DNA from: a virus
Taxonomy: Duplodnaviria > Caudoviricetes
Length of the DNA stretch: 64,000 bases
IMG/VR virus record: IMGVR_UViG_3300010965_000005
Location: 1 to 64,000 of that record
Strand: one strand, 5' to 3'
In this document: positions 45,233 through 56,387 of the stretch, one piece after another
How the letters are laid out: each line of letters begins with the position of its first letter
How positions within the stretch are numbered: the stretch's first letter is position 1
Notes under the pieces: model-generated
The model's input: only the letters and a program-made list of their open reading frames with translations
What the model was told of the DNA's origin: nothing
Database searches by the model: none
Program-made: the position numbers and the translations under genes

Positions 45233-45350
<118 letters not shown>

Positions 45351-45518
45351 ATGTATAAAAGTTATAAAAATCAAAGGCTTAGGGGTAAAATGTCTGTAGG
45401 TGAAATTTTGGAATCTACTCTTGGCACTTTCACCCTCAATTTTGTTCTTGTTAGGGGCAATTGCCTATGATACTGATCGCTTATGGGGCATGGTGCCTCA
45501 CTCAATGGAGAGAAAGAA

Positions 45519-46049
45519 ATGAACATGATGAACAACTTTGACAGTTACGACGAGGACGCGCTGCGGGAGTCGATGGAGGGCGACATCTTGAATTCCAGGA
45601 TGTTCCGCCAGATTGACGCCGAGGCGTTGCACAACATGTCAGTCTTTTGGCACAAGGGCCGCAAGGAATTCCTGCCGTGGACGTCAGTGGAGTTGTCCCG
45701 CCGACTGGAAATGACCTCCCGCCAGACATCAGTGGCAATGTCGCTCTTGGTTCGTAAAAAGCTGATGGCGGCCCGTGGCGATGCAAACGATACGAGCCAG
45801 CGGATTTACTTTCTGACAGAACTGGGCGAGGGCATCACGCGGGCCGAGTTGCAGCGACTGAAGATGGTGGAGCCGTGGATGTCCGCACGGGACTTGAAGG
45901 CCCTGCGGAGCAACATGGGGATGACCCGCAGCGATTTCTCCACGGCATTGAAGATTCCCCTGATCTCTGTCATCAATTACGAGAACGGCAGGGTGGCAGT
46001 CCCCTACGCCACCGCCGAGGCGATCAAGACGGCGGCGCGTCGGCGCTGA
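45519..46049 (+). CDS. dual-HTH regulator (mirror copy)
   Basis: Reverse complement of 44534-45064. Confidence 0.7.
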   Translation: MNMMNNFDSYDEDALRESMEGDILNSRMFRQIDAEALHNMSVFWHKGRKEFLPWTSVELSRRLEMTSRQTSVAMSLLVRKKLMAARGDANDTSQRIYFLTELGEGITRAELQRLKMVEPWMSARDLKALRSNMGMTRSDFSTALKIPLISVINYENGRVAVPYATAEAIKTAARRR

Positions 46050-46136
46050 ACGCATGGTAAGCCGTGAGAGCCGCGTTTGTTGGCGCAATCCACGGCAGCG
46101 CGGCGACGTGTCTGCTTTCTGCACTGAGGCCGCGCA

Positions 46137-46679
46137 TTGAAACTTTTCCGATTCAATGCTACATTGCCGTCACCCAATCAGAAGGTGGCGGCTGTGATTA
46201 GAATTACGGATGAATTGTTTCTAGAGATTTGTGAGCGCATGGTCGAAGGCCAGAGCGTCCGCACTATTTGCAAAGATGATCATATGCCCACTGTTTCTGG
46301 CTTTATGAAGTTTCTTTCCACAAATCCTGAAAAAGTTGACCAATACACGCGCGCCATGCAGATGCGGGCCGATGCTATGTTCGAGGAAATCCTCGATATT
46401 GCGGACGATGGAACCAACGATTTCATGCTGCGGAACGCCGATGACCCGACGTCGGTCATCCTGAATGGCGAGCATATCCAGCGAAGCAGGCTGCGGGTTG
46501 ATTCGCGCAAGTGGGCGCTGGGCCGCATGAACCCCAAGAAATATGGCGAGAAGACATTCATCGGGGGCGTCGATGACGCGCCGATCAAGGTGCAGAACAC
46601 CATCGACGTGTCGAACCTGTCCCTTGAGGAACTGGAGACACTGGAGAAGGTCTTCGGGGCCACCGATGACAGTAATTAA
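46137..46679 (+). CDS. terS: terminase small subunit (mirror copy)
   Basis: Identical translation to 43904-44446. Confidence 0.85.
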   Translation: MKLFRFNATLPSPNQKVAAVIRITDELFLEICERMVEGQSVRTICKDDHMPTVSGFMKFLSTNPEKVDQYTRAMQMRADAMFEEILDIADDGTNDFMLRNADDPTSVILNGEHIQRSRLRVDSRKWALGRMNPKKYGEKTFIGGVDDAPIKVQNTIDVSNLSLEELETLEKVFGATDDSN

Positions 46680-48306
46680 CCTGCCCCGTGGCATAGACGC
46701 CAAGGCGCAGCGCAGGCTGATTGAGAAGCGGAAGTGCGAACTGTCTCTGGCCGAGTTTGTGAAGGCCGCGTGGCACGTCATTGAGCCTGAGCAGCCATAC
46801 TGCCACGGGTGGCACATTGACTTCATCTGCGCCCACCTCGAAGCGATCACGCGGGGCGAACTGAACGGTGATGGCACCTACTACAACCGCCTCCTGATCA
46901 ACGTGCCACCTGGCACCATGAAATCGCTTCTGGTGGGGGTGTTCTGGCCCGCGTGGGAATGGGGTCCGCAGAATATGCCGTCCATGCGATATGTCTGCAC
47001 ATCGCACTCTTTGGAACTTGCGCTGCGTGACAGCTTGAGGATGCGCCGCCTTGTGACCGATGATTGGTATCAGGTCCACTGGGGGGATCGCGTAAAGCTA
47101 GTGGGCGACCAGAACGCCAAGGGTAAGTTTGAGACGACCGCAACAGGATCGCGTCAAGCTTGCGCTTTCACATCTGTGACAGGGTATCGCGGCGACAGAA
47201 TTTTGGTAGATGATTGTCACTCTGTGGACGATGCCAATAGCGATGCCAAACGGACTACGGTCACGCAGTTGTTCAAGGAGGCCGTGACCTCGCGCCTGAA
47301 CAACCCCGACAAGTCGGCCATCGTGGTGGTGATGCAGCGCCTCCATGAGAAGGACGTCAGCGGCGTCATCCTCGACAACGACATGGGTTATGACCACATC
47401 ATGCTGCCCATGCGCTATGACCCGCTGCGGGCGCACCCGACGCGGCTGGGCTATGCCGATCCCCGCGAAGAGGATGGCGAACTGCTGTTCCCTGATCGGT
47501 TCCCACTCCACGTGGTCGAGCGGGACGAGGCCGCAATGGGTCCATACGCGACCGCCGGGCAATACAACCAGTCCCCCGAACCCCGTGGCGGCGGGATCAT
47601 CAAGGACGAGTGGTGGCAGCTTTGGGATCGGGCGGAATACCCTGGGATCGAATACATCGTGGCATCCCTCGACACCGCCTACACCACCAAGGCCGAGAAC
47701 GACCCATCGGCCCTGACGATCTGGGGCGTGTTCGGCGGCAGTTCAGATTCGGCAGCCACGCGGTCGGTGGACCGATACGGGCGCAGCATTGACATCACGC
47801 GCAGCTTTCAGTCTGAATCCCTCGGCCCCGTGCCGAAGGCTATGCTGATGTATGCGTGGCAGGGCAAGCTGGAGGTGCATGACCTGACCGAGAAGGTGGC
47901 CGACATATGCAAGCGCATGAAGGTCGATGTACTTCTGATCGAAAACAAGGCAGCGGGACACAGCGTGGCGCAGGAGATGCGACGCCTGTTCGGAAATGAG
48001 GATTTCTCTGTCCAGATGTATGACCCCAAGACCCTCGATAAGGTGGCCCGCCTATACTCAATCCAGCACATTTTTAGCGAGGGGATGGTCTACGCGCCCA
48101 ACAAAGACTGGGCCGAAATGGTAATCCGCCAGGTGTCGTCATTCCCCCGTGGCGCGCATGACGATCTTGTGGATACAGTCTCAATGGGCTTGAAACACCT
48201 CCGTGATATGGGTATGCTCACAAGAGCGCCCGAAAGAATGGCTGAGATTGAGGACGCGAAGACGTTTCATGGCAATGATGGCGGGAAGCCGCTGTACAAC
48301 ATTTAG
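46666..48306 (+). CDS. terL: terminase large subunit (mirror copy)
   Basis: Identical translation to 42277-43917. Confidence 0.9.
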   Translation: MTVINLPRGIDAKAQRRLIEKRKCELSLAEFVKAAWHVIEPEQPYCHGWHIDFICAHLEAITRGELNGDGTYYNRLLINVPPGTMKSLLVGVFWPAWEWGPQNMPSMRYVCTSHSLELALRDSLRMRRLVTDDWYQVHWGDRVKLVGDQNAKGKFETTATGSRQACAFTSVTGYRGDRILVDDCHSVDDANSDAKRTTVTQLFKEAVTSRLNNPDKSAIVVVMQRLHEKDVSGVILDNDMGYDHIMLPMRYDPLRAHPTRLGYADPREEDGELLFPDRFPLHVVERDEAAMGPYATAGQYNQSPEPRGGGIIKDEWWQLWDRAEYPGIEYIVASLDTAYTTKAENDPSALTIWGVFGGSSDSAATRSVDRYGRSIDITRSFQSESLGPVPKAMLMYAWQGKLEVHDLTEKVADICKRMKVDVLLIENKAAGHSVAQEMRRLFGNEDFSVQMYDPKTLDKVARLYSIQHIFSEGMVYAPNKDWAEMVIRQVSSFPRGAHDDLVDTVSMGLKHLRDMGMLTRAPERMAEIEDAKTFHGNDGGKPLYNI

Positions 48307-48315
48307 GATTATCTG

Positions 48316-50363
48316 ATGGAAAATGATGGGGTCAAGCTGGTTGTGGCCATCCAGAACGCGGCAGTGGAATGCGCGTCCGAACTTGATGTGACGCCAGAAG
48401 ACATGATCACGGCGCTGTGCAGCGTCACCGTGGGAATGACGATGGAACTTTCTAGAAATGGGCGGGAGGCGCAGGCCATGCTGTCTATGATGAAAATCAT
48501 CAACAATATGGTTCTGAGACAATTGTCGGGGGGGGAAGACGATGAATCGAGTTTTGTGCAACGCCACCATTGATGGTGACACCGTCACCGTGATCGGCGT
48601 GGGTGATTACAGCGGCGTGACGCGCGTCTATGTGATTGAGGGCGAGGATGAAACCGCAATGGCGATGGAAGGCATTCGCCGCTTCGTGGAGGAATTTGAT
48701 GATGGACAGTGATATGAACATCTGGACTATCTTGTGGGCCATGACCTACATCGTGCCAGTCTTTTGGCTCTTGATCAACTTCGACATGGTCGTTGATGAC
48801 ACGCAGGCCACCTATAAGGTCGAGCGGCCACTGGCGGCTGCCCTCACCATCTGGTTCGCTATGATTTGGCCGTGGGTGATGGTGACCCAGATCATCAATG
48901 GGGATGACAAATGAGCATTCCATACACAAACGCATTGGGCGAAGAATTGCGGAAGCGCGGCATCCAGATCAGCGTGAAAGGCTGCGGGTGCTGCGGAAGC
49001 CCGTGGGTGCAGGTAAAGATCGACGGCGTGTTGGTTGTTGCAGATGATCATGTATCCATCAACACGCTGGGGGATGACGAATGACATTTGATCCAACAAC
49101 GAACCGCATCCCGTTTGGGCTGCTGACCCCAGAGGAACAAGAGGCGCTAAAGGCTTGGCCGCATGGGTGGGAGTTTCATAAAGGTTGGGTTGATGAATGG
49201 GTTCCAGCCCCCGGGCCAGCTTGGGCAATGCAGGCTGTCTACCGTGGCAAGCCCGCGCCTGTGGTGACATCAAAGTGGTTCAATGTTTATCCAAATGGGC
49301 TGGTGCCTCGCGGACATTCAAACAGGAAAGCAGCGGACAAGTGCCACAATGGTGACCGCATCGCTGTCTTGCGGGTTGACACCTGCAATGGGGTATCGAC
49401 GGTGCATCTTGAGGAGATGGAGAAGTGAGTTACTTTGACCCAACAACGAATCGTGTCCCATACGGATTGCTGACAGAAGAGGAACGGGCATCCCTGATGG
49501 CGTGGCCGCACGGGTGGGAAGTTTATAACTCTGAGGGCTGGAAAACAACCTTCCTTCCAGAATGGATCGGTCGGCTCGCATACCGTGGCAAGCCCGCCCC
49601 TGTGACGGTTTCACATTGGGCGGCGATCTATCCAACTGGGCCGACAGGATTCTGGCGTGATGACATTTACCGCTTCAAGGGCGCATATTCTGGCGATGCC
49701 CTTGGTATCATCCAGTTGGACATCAAGGATGGCGTCCCAAGTGTCAGAATCGTTGAGGTGCCAAGATGATCTGCCGCAAGTGCAAGACTGACATGGTTCT
49801 GGGCATCGCCACTGCCCAAACCTACGTCGGGGGGATGCCAGATTTCCCCAACGATACACGCGCCAGCACGTTCTCTGCTGGGGGGCCGGGGAAGGTTATC
49901 CCATGCCACAAATGCCCAAGCTGCGGCCACAGCGTGACCCAGACCCTGAAAGACGCGGCCTAGGCCTGATTGATATGTTGACCCCACAGCCATAATATGA
50001 GATATTCGCGCACGGCGTCTCGCTGATGCCGTGGCGACCTGATGACGATATTGCCGTTGTGGCGTGTCGGGGACCGTCAGGGATATTTTTTAGGAGTTAA
50101 TGATGATCTGGAACCCGTGGAAAGAAATCAAGCGGCTGCGTGAAGAGGCGGTCAAACTTAACCGCGACAAGGACCACCTGTCGGAAGTGACCCAAGGAAT
50201 GGGTTTTGAGATCGTACGGCACGTAGATGAAATCCACCGCCTGCTGGATCGCGCCGACAAGCTGAACATTGCCCTGCAACGTATCATTGACGAGGAAAAG
50301 CCCACCAGCACTGCCACAGTAAAGCGCATGGCTGCCATCGCACGGGAAGGGCTGAAGCAATGA
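48316..50363 (+). other. mirror copy of the small hypothetical gene run 40220-42267
   Basis: ORFs at 48316, 48542, 48702, 48911, 49081, 49425, 49766 and 50100 mirror the - strand set. Confidence 0.8.
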
Positions 50364-50854
50364 TCATCAACGGCAGACACCTGCTTGAGGTAGCGCCCAT
50401 CAAGGGCATGATCAACGACAAGATGCGCCAGCATGGCGTCTCTTTCGGCCTGTCCGAGGCTGGTTACGACATCCGCATCAAGCAGGATGTTGTGTTCTAC
50501 AAGCCAGATAAAGACTACCTGTCAGGGGTGATTGTAGACGGTAAATTTTCACAAGGCGACTTCACCCTTGCCAGCGCCATAGAAGAGTTCCAGATGCCGC
50601 CAAATCTGGTGGGCGTGGTGCATGACAAAAGCACATGGGCGCGTCAGGGGTTGTCGGTGTTCAACACCGTGATCGAAAGTGGATTTTGCGGTGGACTTAC
50701 CCTTGAACTTGTATATCATGGTCGGGAAGGTCTACACATCCCTGCTGGAGCGGGGATAGCTCAAGTGATCTTTCACCAGACATCAGAACGGGCATCTTAC
50801 AATGGAAAATATCAAGGACAATCAACTGATCCCACCCCAGCCATCTTTGATTGA
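50360..50854 (+). CDS. dcd: dCTP deaminase (mirror copy)
   Basis: Identical translation. Confidence 0.85.
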   Translation: MIINGRHLLEVAPIKGMINDKMRQHGVSFGLSEAGYDIRIKQDVVFYKPDKDYLSGVIVDGKFSQGDFTLASAIEEFQMPPNLVGVVHDKSTWARQGLSVFNTVIESGFCGGLTLELVYHGREGLHIPAGAGIAQVIFHQTSERASYNGKYQGQSTDPTPAIFD

Positions 50855-51566
50855 AAATGAAAAGCGGGTGTACGCACAGTACACCTGCGCCAACTGCGGG
50901 GTTAATTCCCCAGAATGCGGGTTCTATAAAAACCCAAAACTTATTCGTGGGCATATCCCTTGGTGTGTATCCTGCCATTTAAAGCGCACCGTAGGTCGCC
51001 GCAAAGCAAAACGCGAGGGCATAGGCAAGCCAGATGGAAGAAAGTGCAGGCCGCGCATGAGTGAAGAGGATAAAGCAAAAAGTGGCAGGGAAAGGTCAAA
51101 AAAGCACTATTACAAAAACCTTGAAAAAAGCCGAGAATATTCTCGTGATTACGCAAGAAAAAATACAGACCCAGAGAAGAAACGCAGGTCTATGTTGAAA
51201 GCCAAGTATGGCATGACTCCAGAAGGATGGCAGGCTATGTTTGAGGCGCAAGGGTGCAAGTGCGCAATTTGTGAATCCAAGGACGCTGGCGCAAAGGCGG
51301 GCTGGAATACTGATCATTGTCACAAAAGTGGGCGCGTCAGGTTTATCTTGTGCGCCCACTGCAACAGGGGACTTGGATCGTTCAAGGACAACCCAGATGT
51401 AATGAGGAAAGCTGCGAAAATGATTGAAGAATTATCCGACCAGCCAGCGGGCGCTGGCATAGCACAGGTTATCTTTCACCAGACATCCGCCAACGCATAC
51501 TATGACGGCAAGTATCAAAATCAGGCTGATATGCCCGTCTCGGCGGTGTTTGAAGATGCCAAGTAA
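50802..51566 (+). mobile_element. Endo VII homing endonuclease (mirror copy)
   Basis: Identical translation. Confidence 0.8.
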
Positions 51567-52044
51567 ATCTATGACCGCCGAGGCAAGGCAGCGTTTGGGT
51601 GAATTGCAAGACGATGTTAGGGCGCTGCTCGCGCGGCACCTCAACGTCAAGGCTCAGATCAACAATCAGGAGCGTGAAATTTCCTACGCCGCCAAGGCAT
51701 CGGATAAATGGAAAATCCACAAGGAAATCCGAATCCTATACTGCATGGCGCGCATTCTCGTGCGCCGCATCAGCGGACTGAGGGCTGCCCGTGGCAACCA
51801 GCAGTAGGGACATGAGGGCCAAGGCGGTGTCGTTACTGGGCCGCGTCGGGTACGACATTGACGACATCAACCGCGAAACCAACAGCCTGTCGCAGGTGAT
51901 AGACACGCTGGTTGCCGCAAAAGAGGACGCGCAATGGGCGGGTGACACAGATCGGGTCAATCGCATCAAATATCAGTTGATGTTGCGATGCACCATGCGG
52001 GAAGTTCTGAAGAAACGGCGCAATACTATCTTGAGGGAAAAGAA

Positions 52045-52380
52045 ATGATCGAAAACATCGCAATCATATGCCACGAGGCCAACAAAGTGTGGTGTCACCT
52101 AAATGGCGATTCATTCCCGTTGCACTGGGGTCAGGCTCCCCAGTGGCAAGTTGACAGCGCCATCAACGGCGTTCAACACGCGCTGAAATACCCAGACGCT
52201 ACGCCAGAAGATATGCACAGCAATTGGATGGCAGACAAGATCGCGGACGGATGGGTGTATGGCGAGGTCAAGGACGCCGTGGCAAAGACCCACCCCTGCA
52301 TGGTCCCGTATGCAGATTTGCCAGAGTTTCAGCGCAAGAAGGACGCGCTGTTCTTGGCTATCGTGAGAGCATTGGCATGA
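52045..52380 (+). CDS. RyR-domain protein (mirror copy)
   Basis: Identical translation. Confidence 0.75.
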   Translation: MIENIAIICHEANKVWCHLNGDSFPLHWGQAPQWQVDSAINGVQHALKYPDATPEDMHSNWMADKIADGWVYGEVKDAVAKTHPCMVPYADLPEFQRKKDALFLAIVRALA

Positions 52381-52766
52381 CCCAGCCAGACCTAAAGCCA
52401 TGCCCGTTCTGCGGGGGCGACAAGAACACGATCTGCAAGACAGATTACGATGGCAGGGATTCCTATGCTGTGTCCTGCCGATACCCTGAATGTCACGGGG
52501 CAATCTTTACACTGGGCTATGGCTACTTTCCCACTATGGATCAGGCTATCGCCGCATGGAACACCCGCGCTGTTGACCCCGCCACCATCCGTGAGGATGC
52601 GCTGCGTGAGGCTGCTGCTGTGGCCGAGGCGCTGTCATCTGAGTGGTGGGCTGAATACAAAAACATTCACTCCCCGCACCGCGCTGATCCTCAGTATCAA
52701 GGGATGTCAGACGGTGCTGGCGATGTCGCTGCCGCCATCCTTACCCTGATCGGAGAGAAGAAATGA
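52377..52766 (+). CDS. lar: Lar-like protein (mirror copy)
   Basis: Identical translation. Confidence 0.65.
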   Translation: MTQPDLKPCPFCGGDKNTICKTDYDGRDSYAVSCRYPECHGAIFTLGYGYFPTMDQAIAAWNTRAVDPATIREDALREAAAVAEALSSEWWAEYKNIHSPHRADPQYQGMSDGAGDVAAAILTLIGEKK

Positions 52767-54025
52767 CTAGCAGTGAAGCTGCGCTTAACGATGAAGAACT
52801 GATTAAAACCCTGCAATACTTAGGACGTGTCACAAAAGATTACGACCAAGAACAGATGGTCGGTGCAGACTATGAAATGATCCCTACAATCACAAAGCAA
52901 GCCGCCGACCGCATTGAGGCGTTGGTGAAAGAGCGGGATGACGCAGAATGGAACACCCGTGCTGTTGACCCTGCTACCATCCGTGAAGCTGCGCTGCGTG
53001 AGGCGTATAAGCTAATGCAGGGTTGGACTTATTGCGCTGATGCGGAAGAAGAAATCCTCGACCTGATCGGAGAGAAGAAATGACCGATGAAGAACTGATC
53101 CAGCAATATCGTGACCAACAAGCGGCCCTCAACGGCGGGTGCAGTGATGGATATTGCGTCATTGCAAAGACCGTGGGGGTGCATACGAATGGCGGATGTT
53201 CCTGCATGAGCAACCTTGATTTCTTGGGGAGGCAGCGCGTTGGTGTGATGCTTAAAGCGGCGCAAGTCATGGCAGACCGCATTGAGCAGTTGGTGAGGGA
53301 TCGAAAGTTTATCTTAGACGAGCGTGACCGCACATTTGCCTTGATGCTGGCCCGCACAGAAACAGCAGAGGCCAAGCTGGCTAAGGCTATTGATGCTTTG
53401 CGGTTAGTGACAGACGCCTGTGATGAAGGCAAAATGGTTTCACTGGGTGCTGGTGGTATGACAATTGACGCTCAAATCCGTCACTCCGTGTATAATAAAG
53501 TTCCTGCTTGGCCCATCGAAGAAGCCCGATCCGTTCTTGCCGAACTGGAGGGGAAAGAGTGACGTTACCTTACATCTTGATGTTAATCGCCGCTTTGGGG
53601 ATCGGGATATGTCTTGGTATTATCCATGAGTGGAGGGGCGATGAAATCAAAAGCCTTAAAGCCAAACTGGATAAGGCCGAAATCGCCGTTCTGGATATGA
53701 TGCGGCAGTGGGTTTTGCGTGATCTTACATACGAAGATTTTCGCAAAGTTTTGCTTGAACTGGAGAAAACCGAATGAAAAAACTATTATTGATCGCCGTG
53801 TTGGCGCTGTCTGGTTGCCTTGAAGAAGAACACAGACGAGAGCTGGAAACCATCAACCGTCAATTGCCCGATGGCTGTGTTGCCGCTGATGTCGGCTCGT
53901 ATGGCAACATCAACTATGTCCTTGTCGTGGTTTGTGAGGGCCGCGATACCACCTCCACCAACACTTCTTGGGTGAGCGGCAAGAAGAGAAAAGCCGCCGT
54001 CACCCTCCAGATCGAGGGCAATTAG
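52763..54025 (+). other. mirror copy of four small genes 36558-37820 (including the lipoprotein)
   Basis: ORFs at 52763, 53080, 53559 and 53774. Confidence 0.75.
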
Positions 54026-54092
54026 GCTTCTCGTTGATATTCGTGGCTGCGTCTGATAACGTGGGCGCAGCCATTATATCCGAGGGACGCCG

Positions 54093-56387
54093 ATGTCAGG
54101 ACTGAACCCCAATATTCGATTGCATGAAGACGAGGCCGACGCGGCCATCGGCCCTATGGACGTGACCGTTGAGCATGACGACGCCGAGCCGGAAGACATT
54201 CCCGAAATCTCCCAAGACGGCGCGATCCTCAAGATTGAACATGGTGACGGCTCGATCACCCTGTCCCTTGATGGCAAGCCGATCCAAGACCCCGACAACG
54301 AAAAGCGCCCCCCGATGGGGTGGTTTGACAATCTGGTTGATGAAATTGACGACACCGAACTCCAAAACATTGCCGATGACCTAATCCGTGGCGTTGAGGA
54401 TGACCTCGAAAGCCGCAGCGAGTGGATCGAGGACCGCGCGCAGGGCATCAAGCTGCTGGGCCTCAAAATTGAAATCCCCGGCCTCAACGGCGCGTCAGAT
54501 GGCGCACCCATCGAGGGCATGTCCAAGGTCCGCCACCCTCTGCTGCAAGAGGCTGTCCTGCGGTTCCAAGCGAATGCGCGTTCAGAATTGCTGCCCACCG
54601 ATGGCCCTGTCAAAATCCGCGATGACGCCAACGGCAGCACCGTCCAGCGTGACGAGATCGCCAACGCCCTCGAAAAGGACATGAACCACTACCTGACCAG
54701 CACGGCGCGCGAATACTACCCCGACACAGATCGGATGCTGCTGATGCTGGGCTTCGGCGGCACGTCGTTCAAGAAAATTTACTTCTGCCCGCTGCGGAAC
54801 CGCCCCGTCAGCGAGAGCGTTGACGCGGACAATCTGATCGTCAACAGCGCCGCCACCGATCTGTCCAACGCCAAGCGCGTGACGCACCGCGTCTATATGC
54901 GCCCCAGCACCGTCAAGCGGCTCCAGATCATCGGCGTCTACAGTGACACCGACCTGTCCACGCCCAATGAGGTCACCCCCGATGCCGCGCAGGACGCCAA
55001 GAGCGCGCAGCAGGGCATCACCGCCACATCGTCAAACCCTGATGACCGCGACCGCGAGATTTACGAGGTTTACTGCGAACTGGACATCAGCGGCTTTGAA
55101 CACAAATACAAAAAGAAAAAGAGCGGCCTCGAAATCCCATACCGCGTGACCATCGACGTGTCGTCGCGCAAAATCCTGTCGATCACCCGCAACTTTGATC
55201 AGGACACCGCCGATCTGCCCGAAGCCCGCACGAACTTCGTCAAATATACGTTTGTCCCAGGCCTAGGCTTCTACGACATCGGCCTGCTGCACATCCTCGG
55301 CAACACCACCAACGCGATCACCGCCGCGTGGCGCGAACTTCTGGACGCTGGTATGTATGCCAACTTCCCTGGGTTCTTGGTCAGCGACACGGGGTCGCGC
55401 CAAAACACCAACATCTTCCGCATTCCCCCAGGCGGATCGGCCCAGATCAAGACGGGCGGGCAGCCAATCAATCAGGCTGTCATGCCGCTGCCCTACAAGG
55501 AGCCGTCGCAGGCACTGATGGCGCTGGTGGAGAACATGTCCCAGACTGGTATGCGTGTCGGCGGGACATCTGAGGCCCAAGTGGGTGAGGGACGCTCCGA
55601 CGCGCCCGTCGGCACCACGCTGGCGATGATCGAGCAGGCCACCAAGATTATGAATGCCGTCCACAAGCGGATGCACAGCGCGCAGGCCGAGGAATTCTCG
55701 CTGCTGCTGAAATGCTTCCGCGAGCATCCCGAAAGTTTCTGGCAGCGGAACCGCAGGCCCACCATCGCGTGGAATGAGGAACTGTTTATGCAGGCCCTGA
55801 ATGACGTTGAACTGGTCCCGCAGGCCGACCCGAACACGTCCAGCCACGCGCAGCGCGTGATGAAGATCATGGCGCTGAAGCAGTTGCAGGCCGCTAACCC
55901 GTCCGCATTTGACGGTGATGCCGTTGATAAGGCGGCGTTGCGCGCCATTGGCTGGTCAAACCCCGAACAGTTCCTGAAATCGGCGCAGGATCGGCAGCCA
56001 CCACCTGAATTGCTGAAGGGCCTTGAGGACGTCAAGATTGCCCACCAGAAGGCCGATGCAGACACTCTGCGCGCTCAGGCTGACATGGTGCGGGCGCAGG
56101 CATCACAGGGCGCTCAGGCCCCCGCGCAGGCTGCGGTTGACCCATCCAAGATGGCGGCGGAGCAAAACAAGGCCCGCCAGATGGAATTTGCCATGAAGCG
56201 TGACCAGATTAACGACCAGAACCGCGACCTCGACCGCGAGAAGGATTTGCGGGTTGAGCAAATGCGGATGGATCGTGACCAGATGAATGATGCGGTTCGG
56301 ATGCAGCACGAGCGCGACATGCAGGAACGTGATCATGCCGCTGATGCGGTCAAACTGGCAATGCAACTCCGCAAACAGGGGCAGTAA
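54093..56387 (+). CDS. portal protein (mirror copy)
   Basis: Identical translation. Confidence 0.85.
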   Translation: MSGLNPNIRLHEDEADAAIGPMDVTVEHDDAEPEDIPEISQDGAILKIEHGDGSITLSLDGKPIQDPDNEKRPPMGWFDNLVDEIDDTELQNIADDLIRGVEDDLESRSEWIEDRAQGIKLLGLKIEIPGLNGASDGAPIEGMSKVRHPLLQEAVLRFQANARSELLPTDGPVKIRDDANGSTVQRDEIANALEKDMNHYLTSTAREYYPDTDRMLLMLGFGGTSFKKIYFCPLRNRPVSESVDADNLIVNSAATDLSNAKRVTHRVYMRPSTVKRLQIIGVYSDTDLSTPNEVTPDAAQDAKSAQQGITATSSNPDDRDREIYEVYCELDISGFEHKYKKKKSGLEIPYRVTIDVSSRKILSITRNFDQDTADLPEARTNFVKYTFVPGLGFYDIGLLHILGNTTNAITAAWRELLDAGMYANFPGFLVSDTGSRQNTNIFRIPPGGSAQIKTGGQPINQAVMPLPYKEPSQALMALVENMSQTGMRVGGTSEAQVGEGRSDAPVGTTLAMIEQATKIMNAVHKRMHSAQAEEFSLLLKCFREHPESFWQRNRRPTIAWNEELFMQALNDVELVPQADPNTSSHAQRVMKIMALKQLQAANPSAFDGDAVDKAALRAIGWSNPEQFLKSAQDRQPPPELLKGLEDVKIAHQKADADTLRAQADMVRAQASQGAQAPAQAAVDPSKMAAEQNKARQMEFAMKRDQINDQNRDLDREKDLRVEQMRMDRDQMNDAVRMQHERDMQERDHAADAVKLAMQLRKQGQ